Under the pieces are notes generated by a model, which saw only the letters and a list, made by a program, of their open reading frames with translations, had not been told where the DNA came from and did not search any database. Shown in pieces: positions 34,205 to 44,884 of a DNA stretch of 52,276 bases; the first letter of the stretch is position 1; each line of letters begins with the position of its first letter. The DNA lies in the NCBI GenBank assembly GCA_011600865.1, contig GCA_011600865.1_4890.1. One strand, given 5' to 3'. The position numbers and the translations under genes were made by a program. The stretch is from Escherichia coli (GTDB lineage Bacteria; Pseudomonadota; Gammaproteobacteria; Enterobacterales; Enterobacteriaceae).

Positions 34205-37162
34205 CTACGGGCCTAAATCATAAATATCTGCTTTAGTCCCTTTGTTTTTGTACAGTAAGTATAACCCCAGCCCTCGTAATATTTCACCAGAGTAAAAGCC
34301 AAAGTACATGGCATTGCTTTCAGGTCCGCTACCAGTACTCAGGCGCAGAGCAGGTGACCAACCACCATCCATTACATGACCAGGAATACCTGTTATGTCG
34401 TAATGGTCTTCTAGCTCGTTGACAAGCATATCCATCAGCTTATCAAGGCCTGAAACTGTCGACCCACAAAGGGCTGACATAGATGCGCCTGCCAGCCATA
34501 AGCCACACATGTGACCAGTGAAGTCTGTCGGGTCTGGCAGAGCAACACCTTCTTGCGGGAAGTTAGTAGGCGATACACCACCTGACCTTTCCATAAAGTC
34601 CAGCAACCATCTCGACCAGTTATCCACGTAAGCGATAAGCTTACTAGGAACTGGCTTACCACGGTTTACTAACTCATACCAACCACGTGCTGCGGCGAAG
34701 TAAGCACGAGGCTGGTAACCTGACCATGCACTACCATTACCCCAGTGATACATAGTGAACGTGTCAGGTACACCGTACTTAAAGTTATCCCAACGGTTCC
34801 AGATATAAGCAGACGCACCAGGACCGAGCTGACCAAGCTTCTTAAAGTACCATTGCTGAGAATCGTATAAGAAGTCAACCATGTTGTTAAGCCTGGTCGT
34901 ACCAGCTGCAGTATCATCATGCGTAAATATAAACGGATACTGATAGCCAGGGTAAGGTAGACCATGCCAGCCGTCAAACTGCTGAGAGTCAGTGTTATAA
35001 ATGTTGGAGAACGGAATAACACCAGGCGTATATGCAAGGTTATCATTCTCATAGTCCAGCACAGTACAGTCACCTAGCTTAGCTGTGTACGGGTTATCAG
35101 CCGATAAAGTAAGACGGTACTTAATCGTATAACCAATCGGCCAGTTATAGCGAGGCGGAACGTCATTTACACAGTACCAGCTGATACTTGTCGGCGTATT
35201 AACACCATCGGGCAGTACAAGCGAGAACTGCTTAATCTCGCCGAATCGTGGGCTTGTAGGCGGTGTACCTGGGTTTTCCTGGTATGACGCCAGCCTGAAC
35301 TCGCTGGTGCGAATCTGCTGAGTTACCCATCCTGGTGCGGCAGGTAAGTCACGTACCCAACTCCAGCCCTGTGCGTCAGTTACTTTGATGAGCAACGGAC
35401 CTGTAGAAGTATACGTTAGCGAGTTTAAAGGTGCCTGGGAAGATTCCAGTAACCAAAAGCCTATAATAGCACCTGACGAACTATCCGGTATTGTCATACG
35501 AACAGTGTTGCCACGTCTGCCGTCAAGTATGTCAGTACGGTAAGACACCGCAATAGTGGCATTGCCATAATCAGTGGATGAACGAATATCAGCTAAGATA
35601 TACTCAGAACCGTCCGGCTTAGTACCTGCAACAAAGTCGCTTAACGGAATATCGTAGTTAGCAGGTGAAGCGCCAAGTGCAGGTAGCTGCGCGACAAAAC
35701 GATAGATGTTTTGCTCAACATCAACCTTTTCACGGTTCATGTACATTTCCACCTTGACACTGATGTTCTGACCAGCATCATCTTTGCCACCTACCTCTGT
35801 ACGTATCTTAGCTGTTGGCTTACACTTAAACCATACAGCCTGCTGCTCCAGAGATGATTGAGCTTTTTCGTTCTGACGTAGAACTATATAACCATTTTCA
35901 TCACGTGAATATATAGCTTGTGCCAGTTCAGGATAAGACCAATCATAAGAGATGCCATCAGTAAACGGAGACGACGCGTGAGTGTCTTGTCGGAAGAACT
36001 GGTCTTGTCTATCAATGTCAATATACTCCTCCAGTGTAAACAGGACAGCTTGCCAAGCGTTGTAATACTTTTGCTCGTTAGTAATTCGCCACAGCATATA
36101 GCAGCAGTCACAGAACCACAGCTCAGCATCAGCAGCATTACCGCGCTGAAGCTCGCCGTGCAGTGGAACGTTCACAGGTCTGTTGTGCCATACTTCATTT
36201 CGCTTGAGCAAATAACCACCGTGTTCAACAGGAAGCTTAACAGCATAGTTAAGCAGGTACACACCATTGACAGTATGGTCACGAAGCTGAATCTCACCTT
36301 TACGTGAACTGGGTAAACCAGTTTCCAGAATCTCACCACCCCATAGCTCGTCGTTCTTACCTGGCAGTACACCAATTCTGTTACCAGTCCATGCAACGAT
36401 ATATTCTATTAGCTGCAACGGAGGCTCAGGAGAAGACCAGTCAACTGTGTACGACGGTTTACCAAGATAGCGTGGCCAATCAATCCAGGCTAACTGATTC
36501 CATGGGTCAGCTGGCATGGTAGTGATGCGATAATTGTTGTAAATATCATCCCAGTTAACGTTATCTTTAATAACACGGACCCCACCGTTAATAGCAGGCC
36601 ATGCCATGTGTCCCCTGTGGGCCCAAGTAGCAACATCCAGGTACTCGCCCCAGAAAGGAGAACCATGAGGGATTTGTGCTTTGCCGTTAACAAATTTAAC
36701 TGGCACATTTTTATATCCACCCTGTGTTGGTGAATCAGGGTTGATCGGGAAGCTGGCTAGCACAGGCTCTTTGCCATTACAAAGCCAGTTAGCGATCCAG
36801 CGACGAGGAGTATCAGGGATTGGGTCACCTTCGTAATAGTATTCGACGTAAGCATTGAAGTACTCAATTGCTTTGTCCAGATACCGCTGTTCCTTAGTAG
36901 CAAGGTAGGCGTGAATTTCGCCGAGTATCAGCAGCGACTGACTTTCAGACGGAGCATCACCGTTAGGTTGGTACTCCATCATAGTGTGCGCAATAAAATG
37001 GCGGTTGTTCGACACTACTCCTTCTGGGTTGAAGATATAGTGCTGACGCGTAGCGTCGTCAGTTCTACCAGTATTGCGCTCAAGAAAGTGGTGGTGACCT
37101 TCGATAAGGCTTTCGACATTAGCTCGATGGTCTGATCCGTCTTTAAGCAACATCGTGTGCAT
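34205..37162 (-). CDS. Large virion-associated protein, possibly a carbohydrate-active enzyme (depolymerase-like)
   Basis: 985 aa and very rich in Trp/Tyr/Gly; the C-terminal third (WYFKKLG...YIWNRWDNFKYG...GHMCGLWLAGASMSALCG...YFGFYSGE) resembles alpha/alpha-barrel glycoside hydrolase or lyase folds. The ORF is secure; the function is speculative. Confidence 0.45.
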   Translation of the reverse strand: MHTMLLKDGSDHRANVESLIEGHHHFLERNTGRTDDATRQHYIFNPEGVVSNNRHFIAHTMMEYQPNGDAPSESQSLLILGEIHAYLATKEQRYLDKAIEYFNAYVEYYYEGDPIPDTPRRWIANWLCNGKEPVLASFPINPDSPTQGGYKNVPVKFVNGKAQIPHGSPFWGEYLDVATWAHRGHMAWPAINGGVRVIKDNVNWDDIYNNYRITTMPADPWNQLAWIDWPRYLGKPSYTVDWSSPEPPLQLIEYIVAWTGNRIGVLPGKNDELWGGEILETGLPSSRKGEIQLRDHTVNGVYLLNYAVKLPVEHGGYLLKRNEVWHNRPVNVPLHGELQRGNAADAELWFCDCCYMLWRITNEQKYYNAWQAVLFTLEEYIDIDRQDQFFRQDTHASSPFTDGISYDWSYPELAQAIYSRDENGYIVLRQNEKAQSSLEQQAVWFKCKPTAKIRTEVGGKDDAGQNISVKVEMYMNREKVDVEQNIYRFVAQLPALGASPANYDIPLSDFVAGTKPDGSEYILADIRSSTDYGNATIAVSYRTDILDGRRGNTVRMTIPDSSSGAIIGFWLLESSQAPLNSLTYTSTGPLLIKVTDAQGWSWVRDLPAAPGWVTQQIRTSEFRLASYQENPGTPPTSPRFGEIKQFSLVLPDGVNTPTSISWYCVNDVPPRYNWPIGYTIKYRLTLSADNPYTAKLGDCTVLDYENDNLAYTPGVIPFSNIYNTDSQQFDGWHGLPYPGYQYPFIFTHDDTAAGTTRLNNMVDFLYDSQQWYFKKLGQLGPGASAYIWNRWDNFKYGVPDTFTMYHWGNGSAWSGYQPRAYFAAARGWYELVNRGKPVPSKLIAYVDNWSRWLLDFMERSGGVSPTNFPQEGVALPDPTDFTGHMCGLWLAGASMSALCGSTVSGLDKLMDMLVNELEDHYDITGIPGHVMDGGWSPALRLSTGSGPESNAMYFGFYSGEILRGLGLYLLYKNKGTKADIYDLGP

Positions 37163-37785
37163 TATTCAATCCATCCACCGTTAAAGAAACCCATCCAAGT
37201 TGCTCCTGAGTCAAAGGTAAGCAACGTAACAACATCTGTGTAACCCACAAGGAATGACAGAACGGGCTTTCTGTTGTTTGCCCATTTTATTCTGGGGTCC
37301 CAAGTGGTCACCTTGTTAGAACCAGTACCTTGCTTAATAGCAATAGTAATCTGACGCGCAACAGTAGACGGGTCAGACACATCACCGATATTAATTACGG
37401 TGTTTGGCTGGTTAAGAGTAAGACTGACAATTGTTTTAGATGCAGCTGGTATAGTCACTGTAGCTGCACTTGCAACGTTGCCGTACTCATAGATTGCTGA
37501 CGTCGAAGATACTGTAGCCTGTTCAGCTGCAGTTTCTGCAGCATTCTTGGCTTCTATAGCAGCATCACGAGCAGCACGAGCCTGTATAGCAGCTTCGTTA
37601 GCACTTTCAAAGTTTGGTATAGCTTCATTGATTGCAGCGTTAATGCCTTCGAGTGTGCGTATGACACCACCTTCCGGGTTAGGGATGTTTGGGTCGTCTG
37701 ACATACCGAAGTCATGAATGAGCTGGACAGCAGTTGTTAGCTTATCCAGCTGCGCTTGCAGTTCCGGGTCTACTTCAGTTGCCAT
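37162..37785 (-). CDS. Hypothetical virion protein
   Basis: 207 aa, Ala-rich helical N-terminal half; coupled to flanking structural genes. Confidence 0.5.
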   Translation of the reverse strand: MATEVDPELQAQLDKLTTAVQLIHDFGMSDDPNIPNPEGGVIRTLEGINAAINEAIPNFESANEAAIQARAARDAAIEAKNAAETAAEQATVSSTSAIYEYGNVASAATVTIPAASKTIVSLTLNQPNTVINIGDVSDPSTVARQITIAIKQGTGSNKVTTWDPRIKWANNRKPVLSFLVGYTDVVTLLTFDSGATWMGFFNGGWIE

Positions 37786-38312
37786 TACGGTTCCTCTACT
37801 GTACCAGTCGCTTCGTTACCGTTATCATCCATACAAGTGATGTCAACCTTATAGATGTACGGTTGCTCAATCTTAACTTTATGCACATAGCTAATGTCAA
37901 CAGTCAGCATTGACTTCTGAGCATAGCCTGCACCGATAGCACCACCGACATTATCAATCTTCGATATTTTGGTTATTGCATAATGTCGTAAACGGTTAAA
38001 CTGCTTAGCTGGTGAACTACCAAGTGCTATGTGTAGCTTACGCATTAGCTCAGCAGCATTCTTACCAACGGCTGTAATGCGTACAGCCGTCATCATTGGC
38101 TTGCTGACGTACTCAAAGCCATCAGAGCCTTGTCTGGTTCTAGGAGGTCCGAAGTCATATGCGTCGCCAGGGCGCAGATAAACATACGGTGTACCATCAA
38201 CTGTACCAGACTCTTCACCAATAATACATGAACCGTCAGGTAATGTTAAAAGCTTCTGAACGAGCTCCCTGAGGTCCTTTATGGAGAATTGCTGTAACGT
38301 AGTAGTGGCCAT
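37785..38312 (-). CDS. Hypothetical structural protein
   Basis: Start placed at the internal Met (MATTTLQQF) to reduce overlap with the upstream gene; the ORF-track start is 38342. Confidence 0.45.
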   Translation of the reverse strand: MATTTLQQFSIKDLRELVQKLLTLPDGSCIIGEESGTVDGTPYVYLRPGDAYDFGPPRTRQGSDGFEYVSKPMMTAVRITAVGKNAAELMRKLHIALGSSPAKQFNRLRHYAITKISKIDNVGGAIGAGYAQKSMLTVDISYVHKVKIEQPYIYKVDITCMDDNGNEATGTVEEP

Positions 38313-38613
38313 GACGACTCCATGGGTCGATACGGAATACACGGTATGGCTGGTCTTCGTATATAACGAAGTCTCCGAGCTTCAGCTCTTGTCCACAGTA
38401 TATCGCAATACGTGGGAACTCATGCTCGCCATCGTCTTTAGTCAACAGGTTAGGCTGGTTGGTAGCTGCACCAGGTTGAATGTTACACAGATACTTTGCA
38501 GCTGTATATTCGTCTTCGAAGTCACCGTTTGGTAAGCGCGAATCATTTCGGAGAAGAACATCTGTTAATGCCACAAAGGACTTATCCTTCATTAGCGAAG
38601 TTATCTTGAGCAT
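38236..38613 (-). CDS. Hypothetical structural protein
   Basis: 125 aa ORF in the head completion/connector block. Confidence 0.45.
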   Translation of the reverse strand: MLKITSLMKDKSFVALTDVLLRNDSRLPNGDFEDEYTAAKYLCNIQPGAATNQPNLLTKDDGEHEFPRIAIYCGQELKLGDFVIYEDQPYRVFRIDPWSRHGHYYVTAILHKGPQGARSEAFNIT

Positions 38614-39101
38614 TATAGCCTCCAGTTTCTGCCAACTTTGTACCCTATCGAATCATACAACTGCATAGATTCTCTAAGTGTACCTGGCCCGCTTTTGCGT
38701 TCTTCTGTCAGCTCGGTGTTAGGGGGCGGCACGTCACTGTCCATTCTGTCGTGAACAGCATCAACAAGCATACGACCTATTCTGTCATTAAGCTCATGCG
38801 CAGTCATGCTTCCTCTGAGAACCGCAGGTACATTATCGCGGAAAACTTTGTTTATTGCCTGTCGGCCTTTACCCCTGCCACCAACAGCACTACGAAGAAA
38901 GCTTCGTTCTGGCAGACCGTTGAGACCGTATTCATGCACCATTGCTAGCTCTGCGTTTGTTATACGGTCCCTTGGATTTATACGTCTGTTGTGTTCTGGG
39001 TGAACACCTACTGATACGCCTTGACCTTCAAACGACTTAAAGGCACGGTAGGTGAACTCGAACTTTTGTTTGTCGCGCCGTTCAAGGCGTATGCGAATCA
39101 T
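38613..39101 (-). CDS. Head-tail joining / neck protein (tentative)
   Basis: Start refined to the ATG at 39101, which overlaps the upstream stop in a TAATG arrangement; 162 aa. Confidence 0.45.
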   Translation of the reverse strand: MIRIRLERRDKQKFEFTYRAFKSFEGQGVSVGVHPEHNRRINPRDRITNAELAMVHEYGLNGLPERSFLRSAVGGRGKGRQAINKVFRDNVPAVLRGSMTAHELNDRIGRMLVDAVHDRMDSDVPPPNTELTEERKSGPGTLRESMQLYDSIGYKVGRNWRL

Positions 39102-39601
39102 TATACTCTCCGCGTTCTCAGTGATGCACCCACAAGGTGCTTGAGCATGACCTTGGCGCCTGAAGTCCAAAGGTCAGTTGCGCCGGTAACGCCTGACTTG
39201 GAGTCGAAGTATTCAATCTCCAGGTTACCAACCTTCTTACGGCGCAAAGCCTGGTCACCGCGTACACCTTCCTCGCCGGCGTAGCTCAATACGCTAGCCA
39301 GCATATAAAGCTGTGCCAGCTTAACTTCTCGCGGAATTACAGATTCCGCTATATCAACATTACACGCACCGAGGCCTGTACGCGGCCAGGCCATGTTCTG
39401 TGTTTTGCTGACCTTACGACCTAACCAGTTAAATTGGTTATCCAGTCGAATAGCTACTTTAGCAGCCTGGTAGTATGGGTCAGTTCCTGGCTGAATGAGA
39501 ATACCTTCGTTAGTGATAAACTCATCTACTTCTGTAGCGCTAACATACGAGTTAGCCCCCGGAACGATTGAACCGTCTTCCACAACAAGTGTGTATGCCA
39601 T
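39101..39601 (-). CDS. Head-tail adaptor protein (tentative)
   Basis: 166 aa ORF immediately downstream of the major capsid gene. Confidence 0.45.
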   Translation of the reverse strand: MAYTLVVEDGSIVPGANSYVSATEVDEFITNEGILIQPGTDPYYQAAKVAIRLDNQFNWLGRKVSKTQNMAWPRTGLGACNVDIAESVIPREVKLAQLYMLASVLSYAGEEGVRGDQALRRKKVGNLEIEYFDSKSGVTGATDLWTSGAKVMLKHLVGASLRTRRV

Positions 39602-39705
39602 ACAAAGCCTCCAGCAAGTTTAGTCCGATTATATACCAGAACTTTATACGTGTAAATAAAAAAGGCGAGCTCGTCAGCTCGCCTTTTGTTAGTCCCGTTT
39701 GTGGG

Positions 39706-40683
39706 TTAGATTGCAGACTTAGCCAGCAGCATAACACCAGCGGTGTCTTTGTTGGAAGTCGCAACTTTAGACCAGGACTCCTGAGCAGCCAGGTCTTCAT
39801 CAGTCGGAGACTGACCAGCTTTGTGACCGACCCAGCTGTAGCCTTTCAGCGACACGTTGAAGTCGTATTCACCCTGCATCTGACGCAGGATGTTTTCACC
39901 ACCGGTTTGCTCGGAGGTAACCATATCGTACAGGCCGCCGACCTGAACGATTGCAGCAGACGGGGTCAGACCCAGAGTGCGGTAATTAGCGGAAGCACCG
40001 GCGCCATCAACCAGAGCCGGGATGTCGGAAACAACATAGCGACGACCCAGGAAGTCTTTGTATACGTTCAGGTCACCAATCTGGAACAGGTGTTCTGTGT
40101 TGTTGATGGCCTGGTCGATGAGGGAGTGGAACGCAGTAGAGTGCATGATGTACGCACGAATCTGCTGAGAACGGTCACCCATCTTCGCGTTGACTTTGTT
40201 CAGGTTCTGCATAGTGATGTTTGCAGCAGCACCGGAGCCTGAAGTTACATCCAGAACAACATCACTGTTTGCGCCGATAGCAGCTACCAGACATGCAGCA
40301 GTGGTGTTCAGGTAGTCCTGGAACATCGCAGCAGAAGCCTGTGCAGCGACAACAGCTGCTGGTTCAGTATCACCTGCACCGATGCGACGCATCATAGTAC
40401 CGGTAATGTTCAGCGGACCAACACGGCCGTCGATCTTAACAGAACGGTCCAGAATCTGGCCCAGAGTCTGCGCATCAACTTTGGTGGTGCCTGCGTAAGC
40501 GTTACGACGAGTAGCGATACCGTCAACCAGCTGCCACATTGCCTGCTCAACGTAGTCCCCGATTACGTACTGGTTACCCAGAATAAGGGTACCTGCAGAA
40601 GCTTCGTTAAACTTCTGTACGTCCTGGTCGACCAGTTCGGTGGCGGTAGAACGTACTTGTTCGTTAAAAATATACAGTGACAT
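39706..40683 (-). CDS. Major capsid protein
   Basis: 325 aa Ala/Gly-rich protein right after the scaffold gene and downstream of the portal, the usual capsid position and size. Confidence 0.75.
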   Translation of the reverse strand: MSLYIFNEQVRSTATELVDQDVQKFNEASAGTLILGNQYVIGDYVEQAMWQLVDGIATRRNAYAGTTKVDAQTLGQILDRSVKIDGRVGPLNITGTMMRRIGAGDTEPAAVVAAQASAAMFQDYLNTTAACLVAAIGANSDVVLDVTSGSGAAANITMQNLNKVNAKMGDRSQQIRAYIMHSTAFHSLIDQAINNTEHLFQIGDLNVYKDFLGRRYVVSDIPALVDGAGASANYRTLGLTPSAAIVQVGGLYDMVTSEQTGGENILRQMQGEYDFNVSLKGYSWVGHKAGQSPTDEDLAAQESWSKVATSNKDTAGVMLLAKSAI

Positions 40684-40686
40684 AAA

Positions 40687-41400
40687 TTATTTGCCCCATT
40701 GTGTGTTTTGGATTTTAGCACGAGCACGTGCTATGCGGTCATCCCCGCCTCCGAAAGTGTGCTGTTCGCCACCGCCGTTCCCACCAGGATTAGCTCCGCC
40801 GCCGTTGGCACCGCCACCGCCAGCCTTGGTTCCACGCACAAGAGGTGCAAACTGCTTATCAGCGCGCATATGTTCCACTAGCTCATCTGGCGTTGTAGCA
40901 GTCGGGTTACCCATAACATCCACGACAGTAGTACGCCACTTACCATCAATTTCCTGAGCGCGCAGTCGGGCCTTGATGTGTGGCATAATAAGTGCCGGGG
41001 TGTCAGAGAGTTGGTTAGCCAGGTTCAGCGCCAGGTTATCAACCATTTGCGCTTCCAGCTGAGCTTGCAGCTGTGCCTGACGATTAGTATACTGTTCCAG
41101 TTCAGCCTGATGCTTCTCTTTGATAGAACGCTCAAGAGATTCAACATCACGCTCACGACGTGCGCGTTCTTCTTCAGCCAGGCGAGCACGTTCAGCTTCT
41201 TTTTTCTTTTCTTCGAGAAGCTTTTTGGTGTGCTGTTCCATACGCTGTTTTTCTTTGCGCAGGTCTTCTAATTCTTTCAGCGTTTTTTCGTCTGGTTCAA
41301 CGTCCAGACGGAATGCGCCAGATGCTTCGTCTTTGATATACAGGCCACGGAAGCCTTCATCAACTTCGGTAAGGTCAGTTACAACTGTTTTAAGTGCCAT
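40687..41400 (-). CDS. Scaffolding protein
   Basis: 237 aa highly charged coiled-coil protein (EEKKKEAERARLAEEERARRERD...) between the portal and capsid genes, with a Gly-rich C-terminus. Confidence 0.6.
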   Translation of the reverse strand: MALKTVVTDLTEVDEGFRGLYIKDEASGAFRLDVEPDEKTLKELEDLRKEKQRMEQHTKKLLEEKKKEAERARLAEEERARRERDVESLERSIKEKHQAELEQYTNRQAQLQAQLEAQMVDNLALNLANQLSDTPALIMPHIKARLRAQEIDGKWRTTVVDVMGNPTATTPDELVEHMRADKQFAPLVRGTKAGGGGANGGGANPGGNGGGEQHTFGGGDDRIARARAKIQNTQWGK

Positions 41401-41577
41401 AATTTTACAATCCTATATGAGAGGGGCTCAATCCACTCAAGTGGGCTCTGAACAGGTTTGGGTCAAACCGCGCAGCCAGCCATCCGAAATCCACTGAGCC
41501 CTGCAGACTCTCGTGGCCGGCTGTTGCGCGGTTGACATGAAGGATTATATAGCCAGGTAAACCGAAAGTAAATAGCT

Positions 41578-43140
41578 TTATTCAGTTTTTTCTGGATTAT
41601 TTTCCTGCCCATCGCTGTTCTTAGCTGCTTGAGCATTCTTTTCTGCTTCTTTTGCTACCTCACGCGCATCACGTTCAGCCAGCTCTTCATCAATTAGCTT
41701 CTTGGCTTCTTCGTCAGTGAGTTTAGCAATGCCAGCCTGTTTGAGATTACTACGCATCTCACTGAACGTGATAGCACCAGCAATCCATTCGTTAACCAGC
41801 TGTTGGCGTTCTTGGTACGTCAACTGGCTATAGATGAAGTTGTAGCTGAGGTTAATCGTAATCTCTTCTTTAGGGTGTCCGTAGAACAGGCCACACCACT
41901 CGATTGCTTTACGATAAGCAGCTTCAACGTTCTGCGCAACAGTTACGATAAGCGAAGCTTCAGATGCAGCTTCATTCTTAATCTCAACTTCGCGTCGTTC
42001 TACCTTACCGTTCTCACGAATCAGTCGAGCACCGATTGCAATCATCTGCGCTTCTTTTTGCTTCATCGCTTCAAACGGCTGGGTGTTAGGATTGGTCTGG
42101 ATAATACCTACAGCTGCGTTAGCCGGCAGCGGAATACCACCAAACGAACCGAGTCGCAGTTCACCCTTCAGAACGTCTTCAACCCATGCTTCAGTAAGTC
42201 CAGACGCCCATACTGTGGGTTGACCTGTTACGAAGCATGATTCTTCGTAGTCAGCAGAGTTACGGTAGTGTGCGATATTAAGCACAGCTAAGTCGTACAT
42301 CGGCGGCGGGTCAATCTCAGCGCTGTTTGTTTCAGAACCAATAAACTGGAACGGAATAAACTTCAGCGGTAAGCCATTGGAGTCGCGTAGGACAACATTC
42401 TCTTGCGTGACATACAACGCACCACCGGAGACGTTCTGTGCATTCTTGTCGCCCTTGTTAACCCACAAAGACTGGTTGCAATTGCCTTCTTCATCCAGGT
42501 AAAGGTGACGCCACACGGGTGTGTAGTCTTGCTGAAAGCCATCAGTAACCCCCGGTATCTGTTCGCAAATGACAACTTGAGTTAGCATCACTTTACCGTT
42601 GCGATACTCTTCTCGCCAGTTTATAATTTGCCATGGCATGTACAGCGTTACTGTCGGCTGTACTTCTCCATCCATCAGTTCTTTACGGGTAAAACCAATG
42701 GATTCACCAAACTCACCGATACGTGCTTTTGGAAAGTCAGTCAGCAATCCTGCTCGTCCAAACGCAAGCACTGATTTAAAGCACTTACGCATTTGCTGAA
42801 TAGCACCGATACCTGCACCGTCGATATTTACTTTCAGCACTTCCATATCGTCAGGCATCAGCATTTCAGGTTGCTGCTGGAATACCAGGCCAGTCATACC
42901 CGAAAGAGTTCGCTGCAGTACGTTATAGAACACAGCGCGACGCAGGTACGAATTGTACCGCATCAGGTTTTCTTCTGTGCAGTTCGTAGGGTCAGGACGA
43001 GGCAGATAAAAATCACCGCGTGCTTTAATAGCTTCCTGACCCTCGATGCAGTCCTTAATCATTCGGTACTTACCAGCGTTCTTAGTCAGCTCAGGACGCT
43101 GGTATCCGACGTTAGGCGTGCTGCTTGGGGTTATCGACAT
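41578..43140 (-). CDS. Portal protein
   Basis: 520 aa directly downstream of, and coupled to, the large terminase; acidic helical C-terminus. Confidence 0.75.
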   Translation of the reverse strand: MSITPSSTPNVGYQRPELTKNAGKYRMIKDCIEGQEAIKARGDFYLPRPDPTNCTEENLMRYNSYLRRAVFYNVLQRTLSGMTGLVFQQQPEMLMPDDMEVLKVNIDGAGIGAIQQMRKCFKSVLAFGRAGLLTDFPKARIGEFGESIGFTRKELMDGEVQPTVTLYMPWQIINWREEYRNGKVMLTQVVICEQIPGVTDGFQQDYTPVWRHLYLDEEGNCNQSLWVNKGDKNAQNVSGGALYVTQENVVLRDSNGLPLKFIPFQFIGSETNSAEIDPPPMYDLAVLNIAHYRNSADYEESCFVTGQPTVWASGLTEAWVEDVLKGELRLGSFGGIPLPANAAVGIIQTNPNTQPFEAMKQKEAQMIAIGARLIRENGKVERREVEIKNEAASEASLIVTVAQNVEAAYRKAIEWCGLFYGHPKEEITINLSYNFIYSQLTYQERQQLVNEWIAGAITFSEMRSNLKQAGIAKLTDEEAKKLIDEELAERDAREVAKEAEKNAQAAKNSDGQENNPEKTE

Positions 43141-43141
43141 T

Positions 43142-44590
43142 TTACCGTCCCATATTTATTTTGAGCTTGGTAGTATAACGGTTGATGCCACGCAACACCA
43201 TGTAACGACAATCATCGTATACGTGGTCTTCAGAGTTCGTGTCGACATCTTCCGTGTTGTTCTTGTCACGCGGCAGAACCGGCAACGTGTTTATGGCTGC
43301 TGGACAGTTTTCCATGAAATAAATGCCCGGCTTTTCCGTTTCGTCCATCTTAACATTTTTCAGAAGCTGACGGAATAGCTCTAAGCCATTTATTCTCGAA
43401 CCTTGTGACTTGTCGGCCTTGACCCAGGTTACGCCTTCGTCTTCCATTTTCTTCGCGATAGTCTCAACGTCTTTTTCCTTGCACGCATAAATTTGACTAT
43501 CAGCCGGACCAGGATTAACGTTGCTTTGAATCCAGCCACCAGCTTGCAGATTTTCCTGTAAGCGGAGAATGCCTTGAGCAACTTCGGCAGCAGAAAGTTT
43601 AATACCTCTGTTAGCTTCTTTTTCAGAGCACCCATACCATTCAGCTATACGTATAATGGAACCACGCGGAATAAAGTACTCATTGCCTTCGTCGTCTGTA
43701 AGCGAAGCGCCATTTGCAATAGCCCAGATACCAACAGAGAACGGGTGGGTAGAGCCCCAGTCAAGAGAGCGTTCAATGGTCCAACCTTTCGGAATACGCA
43801 TACGCGGCAGAATGCACTTGGTTGACCATACATCGTCGAGTGCACCACCTGCAACAATATCCCAGTCGCCTTCTTTCATCGCGGCAACAAGCGCCGGGTC
43901 ACCAAGACCTTCAAGACGGTCGCCGTAGTCAGGGTCGTTTTCCATCAACGTAGGGTTATCAGTCATCTTAGCTGGTATGTACTGACGCGCCATACCGCCT
44001 TCGCGTTTTTCCTGCTTAACTATTTTCATCGGAGGAGCAGCAGTTACGAAAGTACGCTTAACCCAGTTGTGACCAACACCGCCGGGGTTTGACCCACAAA
44101 AGATGAGTGGCAGTGGCCGGAAAAAGTTCTCAGGGACTTTGAGAGCACCGAGTCGGACACGGTTACGCAAGAAGCGGTACATCGTTTCTGTGAAGTGAGT
44201 AAGCTCATCCATCAGCAGAACGTGAATTTCCGCACCCTGGTAGGTATAAATATCTTTTTCGTACTGGAGGTGACAAAGCTTGATGTTCGCGCCGTTCCAG
44301 AATTTAATCGTGTTGCTCGAGTAGTTAATCTTGCACTTGCCAGCTTTGCACATACCATCCAGCAGAGCAGGATAACTTGTGGGACCAACCATGTGGTTAG
44401 CCGTAAGGTCGTTATAGTTTCGGCGGAAAAGGTAAATCTGCAAGTCAGGTATCATGCAGCACATGATAATCGACATTACACGCATAAGGTGAGACTTACC
44501 ACCACCAGCGGCACCACCGTACAGAATCTCAGTTGCCTGAGACTGTAGAGCTGCACCTTGTCTGTCATGCAGGTGAAAGTCAAGGTTCAT
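43142..44590 (-). CDS. Terminase large subunit
   Basis: Walker A YGGAAGGGKS near the N-terminus and a hydrophobic stretch ending in DE (VLLMDE, Walker B-like); 482 aa. Confidence 0.9.
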   Translation of the reverse strand: MNLDFHLHDRQGAALQSQATEILYGGAAGGGKSHLMRVMSIIMCCMIPDLQIYLFRRNYNDLTANHMVGPTSYPALLDGMCKAGKCKINYSSNTIKFWNGANIKLCHLQYEKDIYTYQGAEIHVLLMDELTHFTETMYRFLRNRVRLGALKVPENFFRPLPLIFCGSNPGGVGHNWVKRTFVTAAPPMKIVKQEKREGGMARQYIPAKMTDNPTLMENDPDYGDRLEGLGDPALVAAMKEGDWDIVAGGALDDVWSTKCILPRMRIPKGWTIERSLDWGSTHPFSVGIWAIANGASLTDDEGNEYFIPRGSIIRIAEWYGCSEKEANRGIKLSAAEVAQGILRLQENLQAGGWIQSNVNPGPADSQIYACKEKDVETIAKKMEDEGVTWVKADKSQGSRINGLELFRQLLKNVKMDETEKPGIYFMENCPAAINTLPVLPRDKNNTEDVDTNSEDHVYDDCRYMVLRGINRYTTKLKINMGR

Positions 44591-44593
44591 TTA

Positions 44594-44884
44594 TTACTCT
44601 TCCTCAGTAACGTCTACCACTTTCTGGTCACCGATTGTAATATTCAGGTTAACGCCGTTACCAGACAAGTTCTGGTCGATGTCAGCTTTAACAACGGATT
44701 CTTTCAGCTTAGGATACATGTACGGCATAACGCCCAGTGCACCATCCATCATCGCTTTGTAGTCGTCTTCACGTTCAGCAAGTATGATAGCTCGTTGCAT
44801 AACTTCCAACGGGTCCAGCTGGATACGTCGCATCGTGGCCAACAGCTCTTCTGTTGCCTCACGGGTTTTTTTCGGTTTTGCCAT
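44594..44884 (-). CDS. Putative terminase small subunit / DNA-binding protein
   Basis: 96 aa ORF immediately upstream of, and coupled to, the large terminase gene; the call is positional only. Confidence 0.35.
   Translation of the reverse strand: MAKPKKTREATEELLATMRRIQLDPLEVMQRAIILAEREDDYKAMMDGALGVMPYMYPKLKESVVKADIDQNLSGNGVNLNITIGDQKVVDVTEEE

Noticed and set aside
39568-40242. Plus-strand 224 aa ORF
   Set aside because: It lies entirely antisense to the major capsid gene in the late block and is most likely a shadow ORF.
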